Below, one piece after another: positions 20,040 to 30,475 of a stretch of 64,000 nucleotides of DNA. Each line of letters starts with the position of its first letter. Position 1 is the first letter of the stretch. The notes beneath the pieces were generated by a model. That model was not told where the DNA came from and did not search any database. It saw nothing but the letters and a program-made list of their open reading frames with translations. Made by a program: the position numbers and the translations under genes. This DNA is from Escherichia phage vB_EcoP-101114BS3: the sequence record MZ234015.1. One strand, written 5' to 3'.

Positions 20040-20777
20040 TTATGATTTTTCAGATTCCATTGCTTTAACAATAGCTTTACAGAAACCTGAACGAACAATA
20101 TCATCCGATTCGCCATCTACTAGAGCGGCAAATTCAAATAACTGGTGACGGTAGATGAAATCAGTAGCCCAATCAAGACCGCTCTCACCACGCATGTCGT
20201 GCTGGTTAGTGTCCCCCATGCAGAACATCTGAGAGGTTTCACCAAGACGTGTCATGATTGAATATGCTTCATCAGGAGTAGTGTTCTGGAACTCATCAAC
20301 AATCACGATAGCATCGTTGAACGAGCGACCACGTAGATATTCCAGAGGTACGAACTCAATATTACCATTACCTACTTGACATTCGTAGAAACCTTTACCG
20401 TAGCGCTGAGTAATAACATCAACGATTGGCATTAGGTATGGTTCAAACTTCTCACGAAGCCCACCGGGAAGTAATCCAAGACTATTACCCATACCAACAG
20501 CAGGTCGGCTTAGGATAATCTTCTCAATCTTCCCACTCTTCAGAGCATCAATCACTGTAGAAGTGATTACGAAGGTCTTACCACAACCAGCAGGAGCATC
20601 TGTGAATACAACCTGTTTGGTTTTAATTGCATCAAGCAGCTCACTCTGGAATTGGTTCTGAGGTACTACCGGCTTAGCAAGAACTACTTCTTCAAATTCC
20701 CGCTTTCCTTTCTTGGTGACGAGAGCTTCACGACGTAATTCTCTCCGTGATGCTTTCCGAGATTCTCTACGACTCAT
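20040..20777 (-). CDS. phoH: PhoH-like ATPase
   Basis: Walker A DAPAGCGKTF and PhoH-like layout. Confidence 0.8.
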   Translation of the reverse strand: MSRRESRKASRRELRREALVTKKGKREFEEVVLAKPVVPQNQFQSELLDAIKTKQVVFTDAPAGCGKTFVITSTVIDALKSGKIEKIILSRPAVGMGNSLGLLPGGLREKFEPYLMPIVDVITQRYGKGFYECQVGNGNIEFVPLEYLRGRSFNDAIVIVDEFQNTTPDEAYSIMTRLGETSQMFCMGDTNQHDMRGESGLDWATDFIYRHQLFEFAALVDGESDDIVRSGFCKAIVKAMESEKS

Positions 20778-20955
20778 TTCCTACCTCCGTGTTCTTCATA
20801 TAAGAAGCTACAGGATTTACACTCTGAGCAATGGATACCTATAACCTTAATTTCGACAAACTTCTTATTCTTCCCTTTAGTCGGGGAGCCTTTGGCAAGC
20901 TCCCGTATTACTTTCGAGTCCAAATGGAGAAGAGTTGATTCACATTTAAAACATT

Positions 20956-21276
20956 TCAGATTGATTTGTCCTTATGTAAACGGTATACTTCAGTAGCCAT
21001 ACAAGCTATACGCTCGTCATGTGGGAGATGCATACCAGTAGAGCCGTTCCATCCTTCGAACTCTGAATCAAAGAATCCAATAGGCTCGGGATACATCTCT
21101 TGCAAGGTGGTTAAGTCATCAGCCACTTGTTGCCACTTATCGTCAGACCAGATTGGGTCATCCAACCAATAATACAAATAGGAGTGGATAAGCATCTGTG
21201 TTCTATGTCGTTTAATCACTTCAGCAGGACTGATTTCATTTCCGTTACCAGTCCTAAATGTATTATTGTTGATCAT
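20956..21276 (-). CDS. Hypothetical protein
   Basis: 106-aa ORF in operon. Confidence 0.5.
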   Translation of the reverse strand: MINNNTFRTGNGNEISPAEVIKRHRTQMLIHSYLYYWLDDPIWSDDKWQQVADDLTTLQEMYPEPIGFFDSEFEGWNGSTGMHLPHDERIACMATEVYRLHKDKSI

Positions 21277-21752
21277 TCCAAAACCCTTTCTTCTAAATCA
21301 TAAAAGATTTGATTTGTCCCATTATTCTCAACAAGCACTGTTCCATTATCTAGCAGGGTAGCAACTTGGGAATAAGGAATGTTCTTTAACATCAGAGCAT
21401 TAATGGTCGGCTTGTTTTTGAAGTAAGCGACAGGCTCAACATAGAAGGAAATCCCACGACTTCCTTTAATTGGGGTGCTTGAAGATAGAACCCAAATTGT
21501 TTCTGGCTTGTCTATTTCCTTTTCAACACCAACCTCAACAAGAGAGTCAGCAGCGAAACCTACAGGACGCCTAGAAGAACCAAGCAACCGAACATATCCC
21601 GGTAATTTTGACATATTAGACCAACTACCAGTGTTTTCATTAAACACAGGTCTTACATCACCATATGCCCAAACCAGATTATCATAGTCACGGGCTATGT
21701 ATTTAACCCAATCAGGAACATCATACTCCCTTCCTTCAAAAATAGCTTTCAT
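21273..21752 (-). CDS. Hypothetical protein
   Basis: 159-aa ORF in operon. Confidence 0.55.
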   Translation of the reverse strand: MKAIFEGREYDVPDWVKYIARDYDNLVWAYGDVRPVFNENTGSWSNMSKLPGYVRLLGSSRRPVGFAADSLVEVGVEKEIDKPETIWVLSSSTPIKGSRGISFYVEPVAYFKNKPTINALMLKNIPYSQVATLLDNGTVLVENNGTNQIFYDLEERVLE

Positions 21753-22061
21753 TTAGATAACCTTGTGCTTATAGATGTTAGGGTTGTAGTAATGCAACCA
21801 GTTTATGTATTGTTTCTGTTCAAGGTAGTGTCTGCAATCATGACAAAAAGCATGACCCAAACCTGTTTCCTCGTTCAGCTTGAAGTTGATAAGAAGCTTC
21901 TGCTTTTGACAGAAGCTACATGCTTTAGTGGGCTTCACGTAATGCATCCCATGAGATTGGGAAAAGTTTACGAAGCTCTTCATCAACAGTTGATGCGAAC
22001 ACTCGTACTTCATACTGAGCATGGTCGGACAGTCGCTGACGACATAACTCTGACCAGCCAT
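21753..22061 (-). CDS. Small Cys/His-rich (zinc-finger-like) protein; start probably internal
   Basis: CSFCQK...CHDCRH pairs; the 5' part overlaps the ThyX 3' end, so the true start is likely an internal Met. Confidence 0.4.
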   Translation of the reverse strand: MAGQSYVVSDCPTMLSMKYECSHQLLMKSFVNFSQSHGMHYVKPTKACSFCQKQKLLINFKLNEETGLGHAFCHDCRHYLEQKQYINWLHYYNPNIYKHKVI

Positions 22062-22575
22062 ATAAAGAACCTGTCCACACCCACTCAGTGATCATACCTT
22101 GAGGTAGAACGAATCGGGCTTGCTCTGGAGCAATAAACTTAATCAACTCATCATATGACTCAAGAGCTGTTTCATATGCCCGATTAATCAGAACTAGTGC
22201 AGAGTTTTGCGCTCCCGTGGTGAGGAGATTCCCCGCACCTGCATGGAGGTCCGAAGGTCTTTCAAAAATCTCTTTAGGGATGAAGAGTTCAACTGCTCCA
22301 TCTTTATACCGCCGGGACATTTCGTTCCACGAGAATCCAACTTGATGCTTGCCCAGCTGTCTCGCAATTGCGATTGGCGCTTTGCATCGGAAGCTAATTG
22401 TCGGATGGCGGAATGGTGTGACATGCTTTTCTCTGGCAAGGAACTTGATAAGGCGTTCATCTCGTTCATTTAACTCTCCTTCACGAGTAACCCCAAAGGA
22501 AACTCGAGCTGCATTAACAACAGATTTATCAGAACCCATTGCTTCAATTAGTGTTGCTTGTAATTGTTCGTTCAT
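21925..22575 (-). CDS. thyX: Flavin-dependent thymidylate synthase (ThyX)
   Basis: ThyX-like signature (FRHPTISF ... SWNEMSRRY). Confidence 0.8.
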   Translation of the reverse strand: MNEQLQATLIEAMGSDKSVVNAARVSFGVTREGELNERDERLIKFLAREKHVTPFRHPTISFRCKAPIAIARQLGKHQVGFSWNEMSRRYKDGAVELFIPKEIFERPSDLHAGAGNLLTTGAQNSALVLINRAYETALESYDELIKFIAPEQARFVLPQGMITEWVWTGSLYGWSELCRQRLSDHAQYEVRVFASTVDEELRKLFPISWDALREAH

Positions 22576-22589
22576 CCTTGAATTCTTCC

Positions 22590-22805
22590 TTAGTAATGAA
22601 TCTTTTTATAAATCAGGTTGCTTCCACTTTCTGTTTCAATCCCTTTCTGGATTGTAATCTTAGAAGCACCGGTATTAGCAATTTTTAAAGCTCGTTTAAA
22701 GCGGCGAGCCTCTCTCCGTGTTGTGTATGAGGAGAAGCTAGGGATTGTACTATCAAAATTAAACCACTTAACTACCCAAAAAGTAATCCAAGGTTTCTTT
22801 TCCAT
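22590..22805 (-). CDS. Small basic protein, paralog family A (1 of 3)
   Basis: Shares W.V..W...T.QEAR..K...KI.I.K...Y pattern with 24670-24885 and 24885-25097. Confidence 0.5.
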   Translation of the reverse strand: MEKKPWITFWVVKWFNFDSTIPSFSSYTTRREARRFKRALKIANTGASKITIQKGIETESGSNLIYKKIHY

Positions 22806-22806
22806 A

Positions 22807-23082
22807 TTAAATACCTTTCAGAGCTGTATCTAAAAACGCACGGAGGTTTGATTCAGTTTGCATACCGGACAAGCTGTAGTGAGCACCACTGTTCATGTTA
22901 GGAACCACAAAGGCTGGGATACTGCGAACACCATATTCAATGGCTCGCTCTCGACCATTACCTTCAGAGATATTTACTTCTTCAACTTCTACGTTGTAAT
23001 CAGCTACAACTTTCTTAAACACAGGAGCCATAGCTGCACACGGAGCACAGGAATTACTATAAAACTTAATTACTTTACTCAT
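22807..23082 (-). CDS. Thioredoxin-like protein
   Basis: CAPC active-site motif (CxxC); ATG at 23082 preceded by AAGGA. Confidence 0.7.
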   Translation of the reverse strand: MSKVIKFYSNSCAPCAAMAPVFKKVVADYNVEVEEVNISEGNGRERAIEYGVRSIPAFVVPNMNSGAHYSLSGMQTESNLRAFLDTALKGI

Positions 23083-23272
23083 TTTATTCCTTGTTAATAA
23101 ACAGATTGATATGACGTTGGGTAGCAGGAACAACAATAAAAGATTTATACTGACCTTTTGCTAAGTCATGAGCAATCTTCTTTGTCTGACTAAGACCCAT
23201 TACACAGCCACTAACAATAATAGCATGTGCTTGTAGCTCTTCAGGTAGGTTTAGTTTCACTCTTTGGGTTCC

Positions 23273-23458
23273 TTATAGCATACAAAGAATAATAACAAGA
23301 GGTAGTGTTATAGCAAAATGTACCAGAACAACACTACCTAGCTTGATAGCTTTAACATCCTCTTCTGCTGGGTTTTCTTTAATTGCTAAATTTCGAGCTT
23401 TATATATAACAGTACCAACTATTAACGACCACACGGCCCACACAATCAGTGAAATCAT
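23273..23458 (-). CDS. Small two-TM membrane protein (tandem paralog)
   Basis: Shares VWSVW...KENP...IK.GS pattern with 23468-23689. Confidence 0.5.
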   Translation of the reverse strand: MISLIVWAVWSLIVGTVIYKARNLAIKENPAEEDVKAIKLGSVVLVHFAITLPLVIILCML

Positions 23459-23467
23459 ATCAAACCC

Positions 23468-23689
23468 TTATGCAGTCAACAGGTGGAGAAGGAAAGGAAT
23501 GACAACAGAGAAGACTACCAGAGCAATGCTGCCATGTTTAATGGGTTTAGCGTCATTCGGGTTCTCTTTAAGCATCTGTTTCTGAGCTACATAAACGATA
23601 CCGCCAACAAAAATTGCCCATACAGACCATACGATTGCTGAAAACATACTCATATCCTTATAAAGAAGTTCGCCCCACCTCTTGAACAA
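23468..23689 (-). CDS. Small two-TM membrane protein (tandem paralog)
   Basis: See 23273-23458. Confidence 0.5.
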   Translation of the reverse strand: MFKRWGELLYKDMSMFSAIVWSVWAIFVGGIVYVAQKQMLKENPNDAKPIKHGSIALVVFSVVIPFLLHLLTA

Positions 23690-23710
23690 AGAGACAGGGC
23701 GGAGGTTTGA

Positions 23711-24286
23711 TTAGTAAGACACATCACCACTGGAGTGGGACATGTTGCTCTTGACGAAGTAACAGAACTTGCCAAGACCTTCATTAATTTCTTGAAGCAT
23801 ACTCTGGTCCACTGGATAGGTGCACAAGTCTGAATCAAACTCATCCATCTTCTCAATGATACACATAAGAGTCATGCACATGTCGGAAAGCATACCGTCC
23901 ATGTCAAGATCAGCGTTACCTTCTCGGAACCAAGCATGACCTAAATAATTACTAGCAGTAGCATCCACTTTAACACAATGAAAGCGCATACGCTCTGCTA
24001 TTCGGTCGCCTGCCTCACGAGCATAATCTTCTAGTTCATCGAACATACCATGAACACCTTGGAAACCAGCTCCAGAGACGTTCCAGTGGTAGTTCTTTGC
24101 TTTGATGTGTAGAAGTTCAAGGTTAGCTTGCACACCACACAAGATGTGTTCTAAGCTGTTACCGCTAATCAGTTTATTCATTCCCTCAAGACGAGAGATA
24201 GAAGAGTCAGTAGCAGAGAATGGGTTGCTAGAACCCACTCGTGTTAGTTCTGGTAAGTCGAAGACATTATTATGCATTAGGTGCAT
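23711..24286 (-). CDS. Dps/ferritin-like protein
   Basis: YHWNVSGAGFQGVHGMFDELEDY...IAERM resembles the Dps ferroxidase-site region. Confidence 0.55.
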   Translation of the reverse strand: MHLMHNNVFDLPELTRVGSSNPFSATDSSISRLEGMNKLISGNSLEHILCGVQANLELLHIKAKNYHWNVSGAGFQGVHGMFDELEDYAREAGDRIAERMRFHCVKVDATASNYLGHAWFREGNADLDMDGMLSDMCMTLMCIIEKMDEFDSDLCTYPVDQSMLQEINEGLGKFCYFVKSNMSHSSGDVSY

Positions 24287-24617
24287 CCCCTTCTAAGTTA
24301 GTTGAATTAGCTACATTACGAGCAATGTTATCCATGACCTGCTGTGTAATAACAATGCAATTCTGAGGGTCTACTGATTTAGAACGCCCCATCTCAGGGT
24401 CATAGACTTTGACTCGCTTGGCTGTTGAGCCAGTAACTTGCAACACTTTGAGAAGATAGCCTTGGTTTCCAATAGACCATGCAACAACATCACGATTCTT
24501 GATATAACGACCAAGCATGTCACGATGATAGAACTGCTGCATAACTTTAGCTTTGCTAATCTCTTCAGATGGCGGGGCCACTTTACTCAAATCTAACATA
24601 ACTCTCTCCTGTTTCAT
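24270..24617 (-). CDS. Hypothetical protein
   Basis: 115-aa ORF in operon. Confidence 0.5.
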   Translation of the reverse strand: MKQERVMLDLSKVAPPSEEISKAKVMQQFYHRDMLGRYIKNRDVVAWSIGNQGYLLKVLQVTGSTAKRVKVYDPEMGRSKSVDPQNCIVITQQVMDNIARNVANSTNLEGDAPNA

Positions 24618-24669
24618 ACAATATTCTTATACTGTATATACATTTGAGAGTTATCATATCTACTACCAA

Positions 24670-24885
24670 CTAGTAATAAACCTTGCTGGATATGAATCCA
24701 GCACTGTTATGGATATTTTCAATCCAACGATGAATCTCCACCTTTTCAGCGATTCCTAAAGCTTTTGTAGCTTTTATAGTTTTCTTAGCAAGACGAGCCT
24801 CTTGTCTTGTGTTGAATAATTGAATACAATCACCACCAAGAGCTTTGTTAGCCCATTTAGTACGAACTGCCCATAATTTATCCAT
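24670..24885 (-). CDS. Small basic protein, paralog family A (2 of 3)
   Basis: See 22590-22805. Confidence 0.5.
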   Translation of the reverse strand: MDKLWAVRTKWANKALGGDCIQLFNTRQEARLAKKTIKATKALGIAEKVEIHRWIENIHNSAGFISSKVYY

Positions 24886-25097
24886 TAGTAATGTACCTTT
24901 CCGCTGATATAGAAACGACCTGATTTAAAGTCTTGAGCTTTGTGGATAGTGATCTTATTAATTGTGCTTTCACAACTTAATAAGAACTTCTTATGAGCGC
25001 GAGCTTCTTGACGGGTATTCCTAATACCCATTGACTCTGTACCACTGCTCCAGTGAATACGAACTACCCAACGTCTTTTCATTGTTCCAAACTCCAC
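24885..25097 (-). CDS. Small basic protein, paralog family A (3 of 3)
   Basis: See 22590-22805; tandem with the previous copy. Confidence 0.5.
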   Translation of the reverse strand: MEFGTMKRRWVVRIHWSSGTESMGIRNTRQEARAHKKFLLSCESTINKITIHKAQDFKSGRFYISGKVHY

Positions 25098-25288
25098 TAT
25101 CTGTCAACCGATTTAGGGACAAACTGCATTACACAGACCTGACTACGAGGGAGATTTATTTCACAAGCGGCTCTTCTCGTCTCAATCTTAACGCTAGAAT
25201 CTGGACCAACGTTAGATATAAATACTCCCATAGCAAATGCCCCAACTACAAAACCTATAGCTAAGTAAGTAGCTTTTTCTTCTTTCAT
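25097..25288 (-). CDS. Small membrane protein
   Basis: 63-aa ORF with one hydrophobic segment. Confidence 0.4.
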   Translation of the reverse strand: MKEEKATYLAIGFVVGAFAMGVFISNVGPDSSVKIETRRAACEINLPRSQVCVMQFVPKSVDR

Positions 25289-25293
25289 CTTGG

Positions 25294-25827
25294 TTATACA
25301 CCCTTAGATGCAACTACACCATTACTGCCGTTGTATCGACCCTTCACTGCATAAGAGTCATCACCAGCGTGAGAGTGTTCGAACATAACCATTTGACCAA
25401 CACGCATCCCAGCACGAACTCGTAAGCTATGATTATGGGTAACGTTATGAAATTCAAAGGTTAGTTTACTGCTGTTAAACCCTGCATCAGCCCAACCAGC
25501 ATGGAGGTGGTTTAAACCACAACGAGCCATTGAGGAGCGAAGTACAAACAGGCTTGAGATGTTATCTGGAAGGTTAAACTCTTCCATTGAGTGCGCTAAG
25601 AAGAATTGCCCCGGAGTGATAACAATACCATCTTCAGGGATTTTTACTTCTTTCCACTTGAGGTTTTCTTTAGCATCAATGTCAACAATTCCGTCAGCCT
25701 GTTCTTCAACAAGGATAGTATCACCAATACGGATATCCACGCTAGCAGCGTTAACATATTTATGCTCCGCATCTAAAAAGCCATTATCAATAACGCTGTG
25801 TAATTCTTGAGAACCTAAAAGACTCAT
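25294..25827 (-). CDS. dcd: dCTP deaminase family protein
   Basis: FVLRSSMARCGLNHLHAGWADAGFNS...GMRVGQMVMFE matches the dCTP deaminase/dUTPase-fold signature. Confidence 0.75.
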   Translation of the reverse strand: MSLLGSQELHSVIDNGFLDAEHKYVNAASVDIRIGDTILVEEQADGIVDIDAKENLKWKEVKIPEDGIVITPGQFFLAHSMEEFNLPDNISSLFVLRSSMARCGLNHLHAGWADAGFNSSKLTFEFHNVTHNHSLRVRAGMRVGQMVMFEHSHAGDDSYAVKGRYNGSNGVVASKGV

Positions 25828-27287
25828 GAGTTTCTGTTTCCTTGTACAGATGATGCCAAATTATTAATCATGTTACGAGCTGTTTCACGAGATAGTGTAA
25901 CACCTGCTAAGTTGTTATGAAGCTCACCAGATAGCTCACGAGCAGCAGCTCGAAGTTCTGTACCAAGTGTAGTATCGGAGTGAGCCAAACCATTACGACG
26001 ACTATAAGGTCGAGGAGCTTCGTTAGCGTCATTAGCCAATGATGCAAAACCAATATGAGCAGCTTCACGAGACGCTATAGTTGACACTCGATCTTCCGTA
26101 GGGGTTGGCAAATCACCAACTTCTACACGTTCTATATCACCAGCACGTAGACCCTGAACGACTGAGCTTACTGTTTCCCATGAACGACGAGAACGCTGTA
26201 AATCACCCATTGACGGAGAAGAAGCAGGTCGAACAGTTACTCCACCTGTATCATGAGTGACATGCCATGTACGAGTATCCATTCCAGAAGAGCGTGCACT
26301 ACCAAAACTGCCAGTGAAAGTGTCACGAGGTGCCATTGTAGGAGGAACTGCGAATCTTTCCTGTTGCCAAGAATCGCGTCTGTTAGTTCCCGGAGTCCAA
26401 GGCTGCGTGATTGCTTCAGCACCTATAGTGGTTAATCCGCTAGACCATTCTGTCTGTAGGTTAACTTCCTCGTCCAGATAACTACGACCCCTTTCCTGAG
26501 GAATGTTTAATATAGTTTCCATCATCTTCAGGGTATAATGACGACGCTGATTCTGATATAAATTTACACCAGCCATAGGTCCAACTAAATCACTAATCAG
26601 GTGAACTTCTGGCTCACCGAAAGCTCCCATTGCAAGGTGCATATATTCGGTAGAACTGCTATAAACTGCAACAGTTGCTTCAGGCCACTTCTTGTGAACA
26701 TACTTCATTTCACGACCAGATACCACAGGAATGTCACGAGTGTATGACATTGCAAACAAACCTTCGTTTGACACATACATGTCATCAAGAGACATGAACC
26801 CCTGACAGATCATAGGAAAGCGACGGCTTAAAGTATCCATATCCAAAGGTAGATTAATCATCATCTGGATTTTAACTTGATCAATCTCAATTTCCAGAAT
26901 CTCTTGGAAAGTGAAAAGTGCTTCAGCGTAAGTTGTCCCACTAACAGGCTGAACTAGGCGAGATGTAGTTTGAAGCCCTTTACTCTCTGTCCAAGACAAG
27001 AAGTTGTCAAGGAACAGTGCAGCATTCATCACGTTAGCAGGGTTGTTTTCCTGACGGGTGTTCCAACGAAACCCTCCTTGGACTAGGAAGATATCCACAT
27101 CATTCGGAGTTCGGTTCTGGAAGAACGTATCACGGATAGCACCACCTGCAATAACAGGGTAGATACCATCAGGAACTACGTTGTCTCTGATCAGATTGCG
27201 AATCAGATCAAGCCCTACGCTGAGGGCTTCTCCTTCTTGAAGGTTTAATTCAGACAATGGAATCTTAATCATTTCTACATTTTCCAA
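25824..27287 (-). CDS. Nucleotidyltransferase (Pol-beta superfamily; CCA-adding / poly(A)-polymerase-like head) with long low-complexity C-terminus
   Basis: [14 protein letters not shown]...NDVDIFL matches the GGxVRD...DxD head-domain motif. Confidence 0.6.
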   Translation of the reverse strand: MENVEMIKIPLSELNLQEGEALSVGLDLIRNLIRDNVVPDGIYPVIAGGAIRDTFFQNRTPNDVDIFLVQGGFRWNTRQENNPANVMNAALFLDNFLSWTESKGLQTTSRLVQPVSGTTYAEALFTFQEILEIEIDQVKIQMMINLPLDMDTLSRRFPMICQGFMSLDDMYVSNEGLFAMSYTRDIPVVSGREMKYVHKKWPEATVAVYSSSTEYMHLAMGAFGEPEVHLISDLVGPMAGVNLYQNQRRHYTLKMMETILNIPQERGRSYLDEEVNLQTEWSSGLTTIGAEAITQPWTPGTNRRDSWQQERFAVPPTMAPRDTFTGSFGSARSSGMDTRTWHVTHDTGGVTVRPASSPSMGDLQRSRRSWETVSSVVQGLRAGDIERVEVGDLPTPTEDRVSTIASREAAHIGFASLANDANEAPRPYSRRNGLAHSDTTLGTELRAAARELSGELHNNLAGVTLSRETARNMINNLASSVQGNRNS

Positions 27288-27823
27288 TTTAGAGATGGGG
27301 GATTCTTATAATCAAATCCAGCCATTTGGCAAAGACACATGTAAACCTTAACTGTCAAGTTAACGTCTTGCTCACAATACGTGAACATGTCTTCAGTGAA
27401 TGCATCCCATGCTTCTTCCTGTTCACCATAATCACCCTTCAGCTCTCCCAGAAATTCGCCCCATTGCTTGAGGCCATGACCGCGAGGGCCATGTCTAGGG
27501 TCGCCTTTGGGGTATTCTGGACTATCACCAATACGGTCAGGCTTGAGATATCTACTCAGGCACAAAGTATCGAAGACGTTAAAGCGAAAAGGTATCACAT
27601 GAGAATAAAACTTAAACAAAGCAGGAAGGTCAAAATCAATAATATTGTGACCTATTACTACATCAGCTTCTTTCAGTTTGTGTAGTGCTTCTTCAATTTG
27701 GTGAGGGCGATACCCCCACCGCTCTCCAGATAATACATCAAATATCCAGATACACCAGACATTCTGAATACCATCATAGAGATTATCACCCTCGATATCA
27801 AACGCATACAGTTTCTTTACCAC
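27275..27823 (-). CDS. 3'-5' proofreading exonuclease (DnaQ-like), encoded separately from the polymerase
   Basis: Exo I FDIEGD, Exo [14 protein letters not shown], Exo III YCEQD motifs in a stand-alone 182-aa ORF. Confidence 0.8.
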   Translation of the reverse strand: MVKKLYAFDIEGDNLYDGIQNVWCIWIFDVLSGERWGYRPHQIEEALHKLKEADVVIGHNIIDFDLPALFKFYSHVIPFRFNVFDTLCLSRYLKPDRIGDSPEYPKGDPRHGPRGHGLKQWGEFLGELKGDYGEQEEAWDAFTEDMFTYCEQDVNLTVKVYMCLCQMAGFDYKNPPSLNWKM

Positions 27824-29607
27824 GGACGTGCCTCCCCTTCCTGTGCAAGTAAGGAAGCTGCATCCTCTCCATTGGTAACGGTAAAAGGATGCTCTTCATC
27901 AACTTCATGATCTTCTCGTTCTACAAGACGACCTGTTTCGTTAATGTATTTGGTATAGCAAACCCCTGTCTGTCCATAGTTACGCTCTTTGAGCAGTCGT
28001 ATGATTGACAAGTTTTTACCTAACCCATCCGCTTGTTTGTTACGTTCAAAACCAATAATACACTGACACCAGCGCATCAATGAACGTGAACCAGTAAACT
28101 GTACTTCTTTAACCTGACCACCTTCTTCGTGAGGTGCACCACCTGCCGGAGCGTTCAAGTGAGATAATACAAAAGCAGTGAAGTCTAATTCCTTACACAT
28201 ACCAGCAAGCTCTGAAGCAATCTTGCTGATTTCTGTGTTTACCTCAGATGGGGTTAAGTGAGATACCAATGCAGTGATGTTATCAAGAATGATAAATTTA
28301 CACTGATTCTCAACTACCCAAAAGCGAATACACTGCTTAATGTCTTCCCACTCGTTCTGCCCAAAGTTGTCATACAAGAAAAACTTATCAGCGTATCGAA
28401 GTGCTTCATCTCGTAGCTGGCTTTCTTCGTACTCAACATCTGGTCGGTGGAATGGAATAGATGCAGATTTACCTGCAATGTTCTTAACAGACATGCCTAC
28501 CTTCTCTTCCAAGAAGAAGCCACCACCATTAAAACCATGCTCAAGGCAAAGCCATGCTACTAGTTCGTGTGCGATTAAGGTTTTACCTGAACCAACACCA
28601 CCGCCGATTGCAACCATCTCTCCCCAACGAATACCAAAGGTCATGTCGTTAAGAGTTTTCCACGGATAAGGAATACCCCATTCCGCTTTCTTCAGAGCAT
28701 CTTCGAGGCAATCAAAAACTGTAACAGCTCCAGCAGGAGATTCCCGCTTAGCTGAATATTTCAGATTGTTGAAAAGCTCTTGACCTCTCCCTGCAAGTAA
28801 CATGTCGTTTGCATCTTTGATTTCCTTTTCTTGTCCGTTATAAGTGAACGTACCTTTTGGAATCCTTGCAAACTTAACATGCGGGTACAGAGAACGACCC
28901 TTAGTTAAAGCAATCTCACCTGCATCATCATTGTCCATGCAGAGTACAATCTCCTCGAAACCATTAATAAAATCACGGTTTCTTGATAATACAGAAGAGA
29001 TTGAACCTGCACCGAACGGAAGAGAGACGCAAGCAGGTTTGATGTTAGTTGCGTTTGTAAACGCGGTAAGTACGTGGAACCCAGACATACAAGAGAGAGG
29101 ATCTTCAAAGATGAAGAGTTTCTTGTTGTATACGTCACCACGTTGTGCTTGAGCCATACCAAACAAGTCGGCTTCTTTCACATTACCTACATAATAGAAC
29201 TTCTTGCTGTCTAGAAGTTTTACTTCATATCCAACAATGTTCCCATCACGTTCACGAGGGAAGAAGTAGCTGTCAGGAGTTTGACCATCTGTTTGGCTTA
29301 AACCGATACGGCATCCATAACGTTCAGATACAGCTTTAGGAATTAAGCGACGAGTCAACTCTCCCTGAGGAAGCTCTAAGCAATCGTCTAAGACTTCTCG
29401 GAGTTCTTCAGGGGACAGCTCTTTCTTTTCATTAGGAGTGGGCGTCGTTCCTTTCTCGAAGATTTCATACGCACCACATCTGTTACATGAACCCCACTCC
29501 TCACCGGACTCTTCATTTCGGAAGAGAATCATGTGATTGCGGGTCTTATCACGACCATGAGAGATACACTCTTTACAGCCTGTGTCTCCCAAAATGATCT
29601 TTGACAT
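27817..29607 (-). CDS. Primase-helicase (T7 gp4-like)
   Basis: N-terminal Cys4 zinc-binding region (CKEC...CNRC), central primase region, C-terminal Walker [11 protein letters not shown]. Confidence 0.85.
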   Translation of the reverse strand: MSKIILGDTGCKECISHGRDKTRNHMILFRNEESGEEWGSCNRCGAYEIFEKGTTPTPNEKKELSPEELREVLDDCLELPQGELTRRLIPKAVSERYGCRIGLSQTDGQTPDSYFFPRERDGNIVGYEVKLLDSKKFYYVGNVKEADLFGMAQAQRGDVYNKKLFIFEDPLSCMSGFHVLTAFTNATNIKPACVSLPFGAGSISSVLSRNRDFINGFEEIVLCMDNDDAGEIALTKGRSLYPHVKFARIPKGTFTYNGQEKEIKDANDMLLAGRGQELFNNLKYSAKRESPAGAVTVFDCLEDALKKAEWGIPYPWKTLNDMTFGIRWGEMVAIGGGVGSGKTLIAHELVAWLCLEHGFNGGGFFLEEKVGMSVKNIAGKSASIPFHRPDVEYEESQLRDEALRYADKFFLYDNFGQNEWEDIKQCIRFWVVENQCKFIILDNITALVSHLTPSEVNTEISKIASELAGMCKELDFTAFVLSHLNAPAGGAPHEEGGQVKEVQFTGSRSLMRWCQCIIGFERNKQADGLGKNLSIIRLLKERNYGQTGVCYTKYINETGRLVEREDHEVDEEHPFTVTNGEDAASLLAQEGEARPW

Positions 29608-29642
29608 GCTCTATCCTCCTTGGAATTCCTTGAGCAATCTTC

Positions 29643-29849
29643 TTAGTAAAACGATCGTATTTCTTCCCACACATCATCTTGCAAGTTTCTAAAACCCTGC
29701 AAGGTTTGCTTTGTTCTGTGAATAAATTCTTCAGAGTGCTTATCAGGTGTGAGCATACTGACAAACTTTTCATAGCGATTAATCTTCCACCGCATCTTCA
29801 AGTAGTCAGATTCCAGCTTTCTTAACTTCTGCCTGTCAGTTACTGTCAT
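29643..29849 (-). CDS. Hypothetical protein
   Basis: Internal ATG at 29849 preceded by AGGTGAG; the longer ORF-track version (to 29945) overlaps the GGCT-like gene. Confidence 0.4.
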   Translation of the reverse strand: MTVTDRQKLRKLESDYLKMRWKINRYEKFVSMLTPDKHSEEFIHRTKQTLQGFRNLQDDVWEEIRSFY

Positions 29850-30267
29850 CCTTCTCACCTGCCAGATATGCTGTCCAGTCACCAGATTCAACCAGAACAT
29901 CTTGTTCTTCGTCGATGTGATAAATCCACGCTTCCACAGTTTCACCGCTGTCCAATAATACTGGAATCAGTGTACGCTTGTAAAAGGTGTATGGGTTATC
30001 ATTACCACGATGACCTTCCAGACCGTCATACGGACCTTCCAGACCAGCTTGGGTTGTTTCAAAGACTTCTACACGAACAGGCTTACCATTGCTGTCATGC
30101 TCCAAAGATACACTTGGGAAGTATGCTGTGCAATACTGATACAGGTTACAGTTGTTTACTGTCCACCCTTCACCAATAGACACACCACCTGCACGAGCAT
30201 TGATAGCGTGGTTGTGTTGACCTTTACGAAGAGAACCATACGTTGCAACTAATACTTTATCAGACAT
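29836..30267 (-). CDS. Gamma-glutamyl cyclotransferase-like (AIG2/GGCT fold) protein
   Basis: N-terminal VATYGSLRKGQHNH matches the YG[ST]L signature of GGCT-like proteins. Confidence 0.7.
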   Translation of the reverse strand: MSDKVLVATYGSLRKGQHNHAINARAGGVSIGEGWTVNNCNLYQYCTAYFPSVSLEHDSNGKPVRVEVFETTQAGLEGPYDGLEGHRGNDNPYTFYKRTLIPVLLDSGETVEAWIYHIDEEQDVLVESGDWTAYLAGEKDDSN

Positions 30268-30271
30268 TACA

Positions 30272-30469
30272 TTACCTTTTGTTTAAAATTTCTTTTGTAC
30301 AAGAAGTCCCGTTACACACGAGAACTGTTTGAGTTATAGAATCGACAACTGTTACATGGCTGCCGCATTGAGTTATGATTTGACCTCTCCCTGAATCTTT
30401 AGAGATGCATTCATCAGCGGCGATCGCTGACACACTGAATAAGGAGAGGAAAAATAGAATCTTTTTCAT
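30272..30469 (-). CDS. Small secreted Cys-rich protein
   Basis: Signal peptide MKKILFFLSLFSVSAIAA followed by 6 Cys in ~45 residues. Confidence 0.5.
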   Translation of the reverse strand: MKKILFFLSLFSVSAIAADECISKDSGRGQIITQCGSHVTVVDSITQTVLVCNGTSCTKEILNKR

Positions 30470-30475
30470 GGCTGC

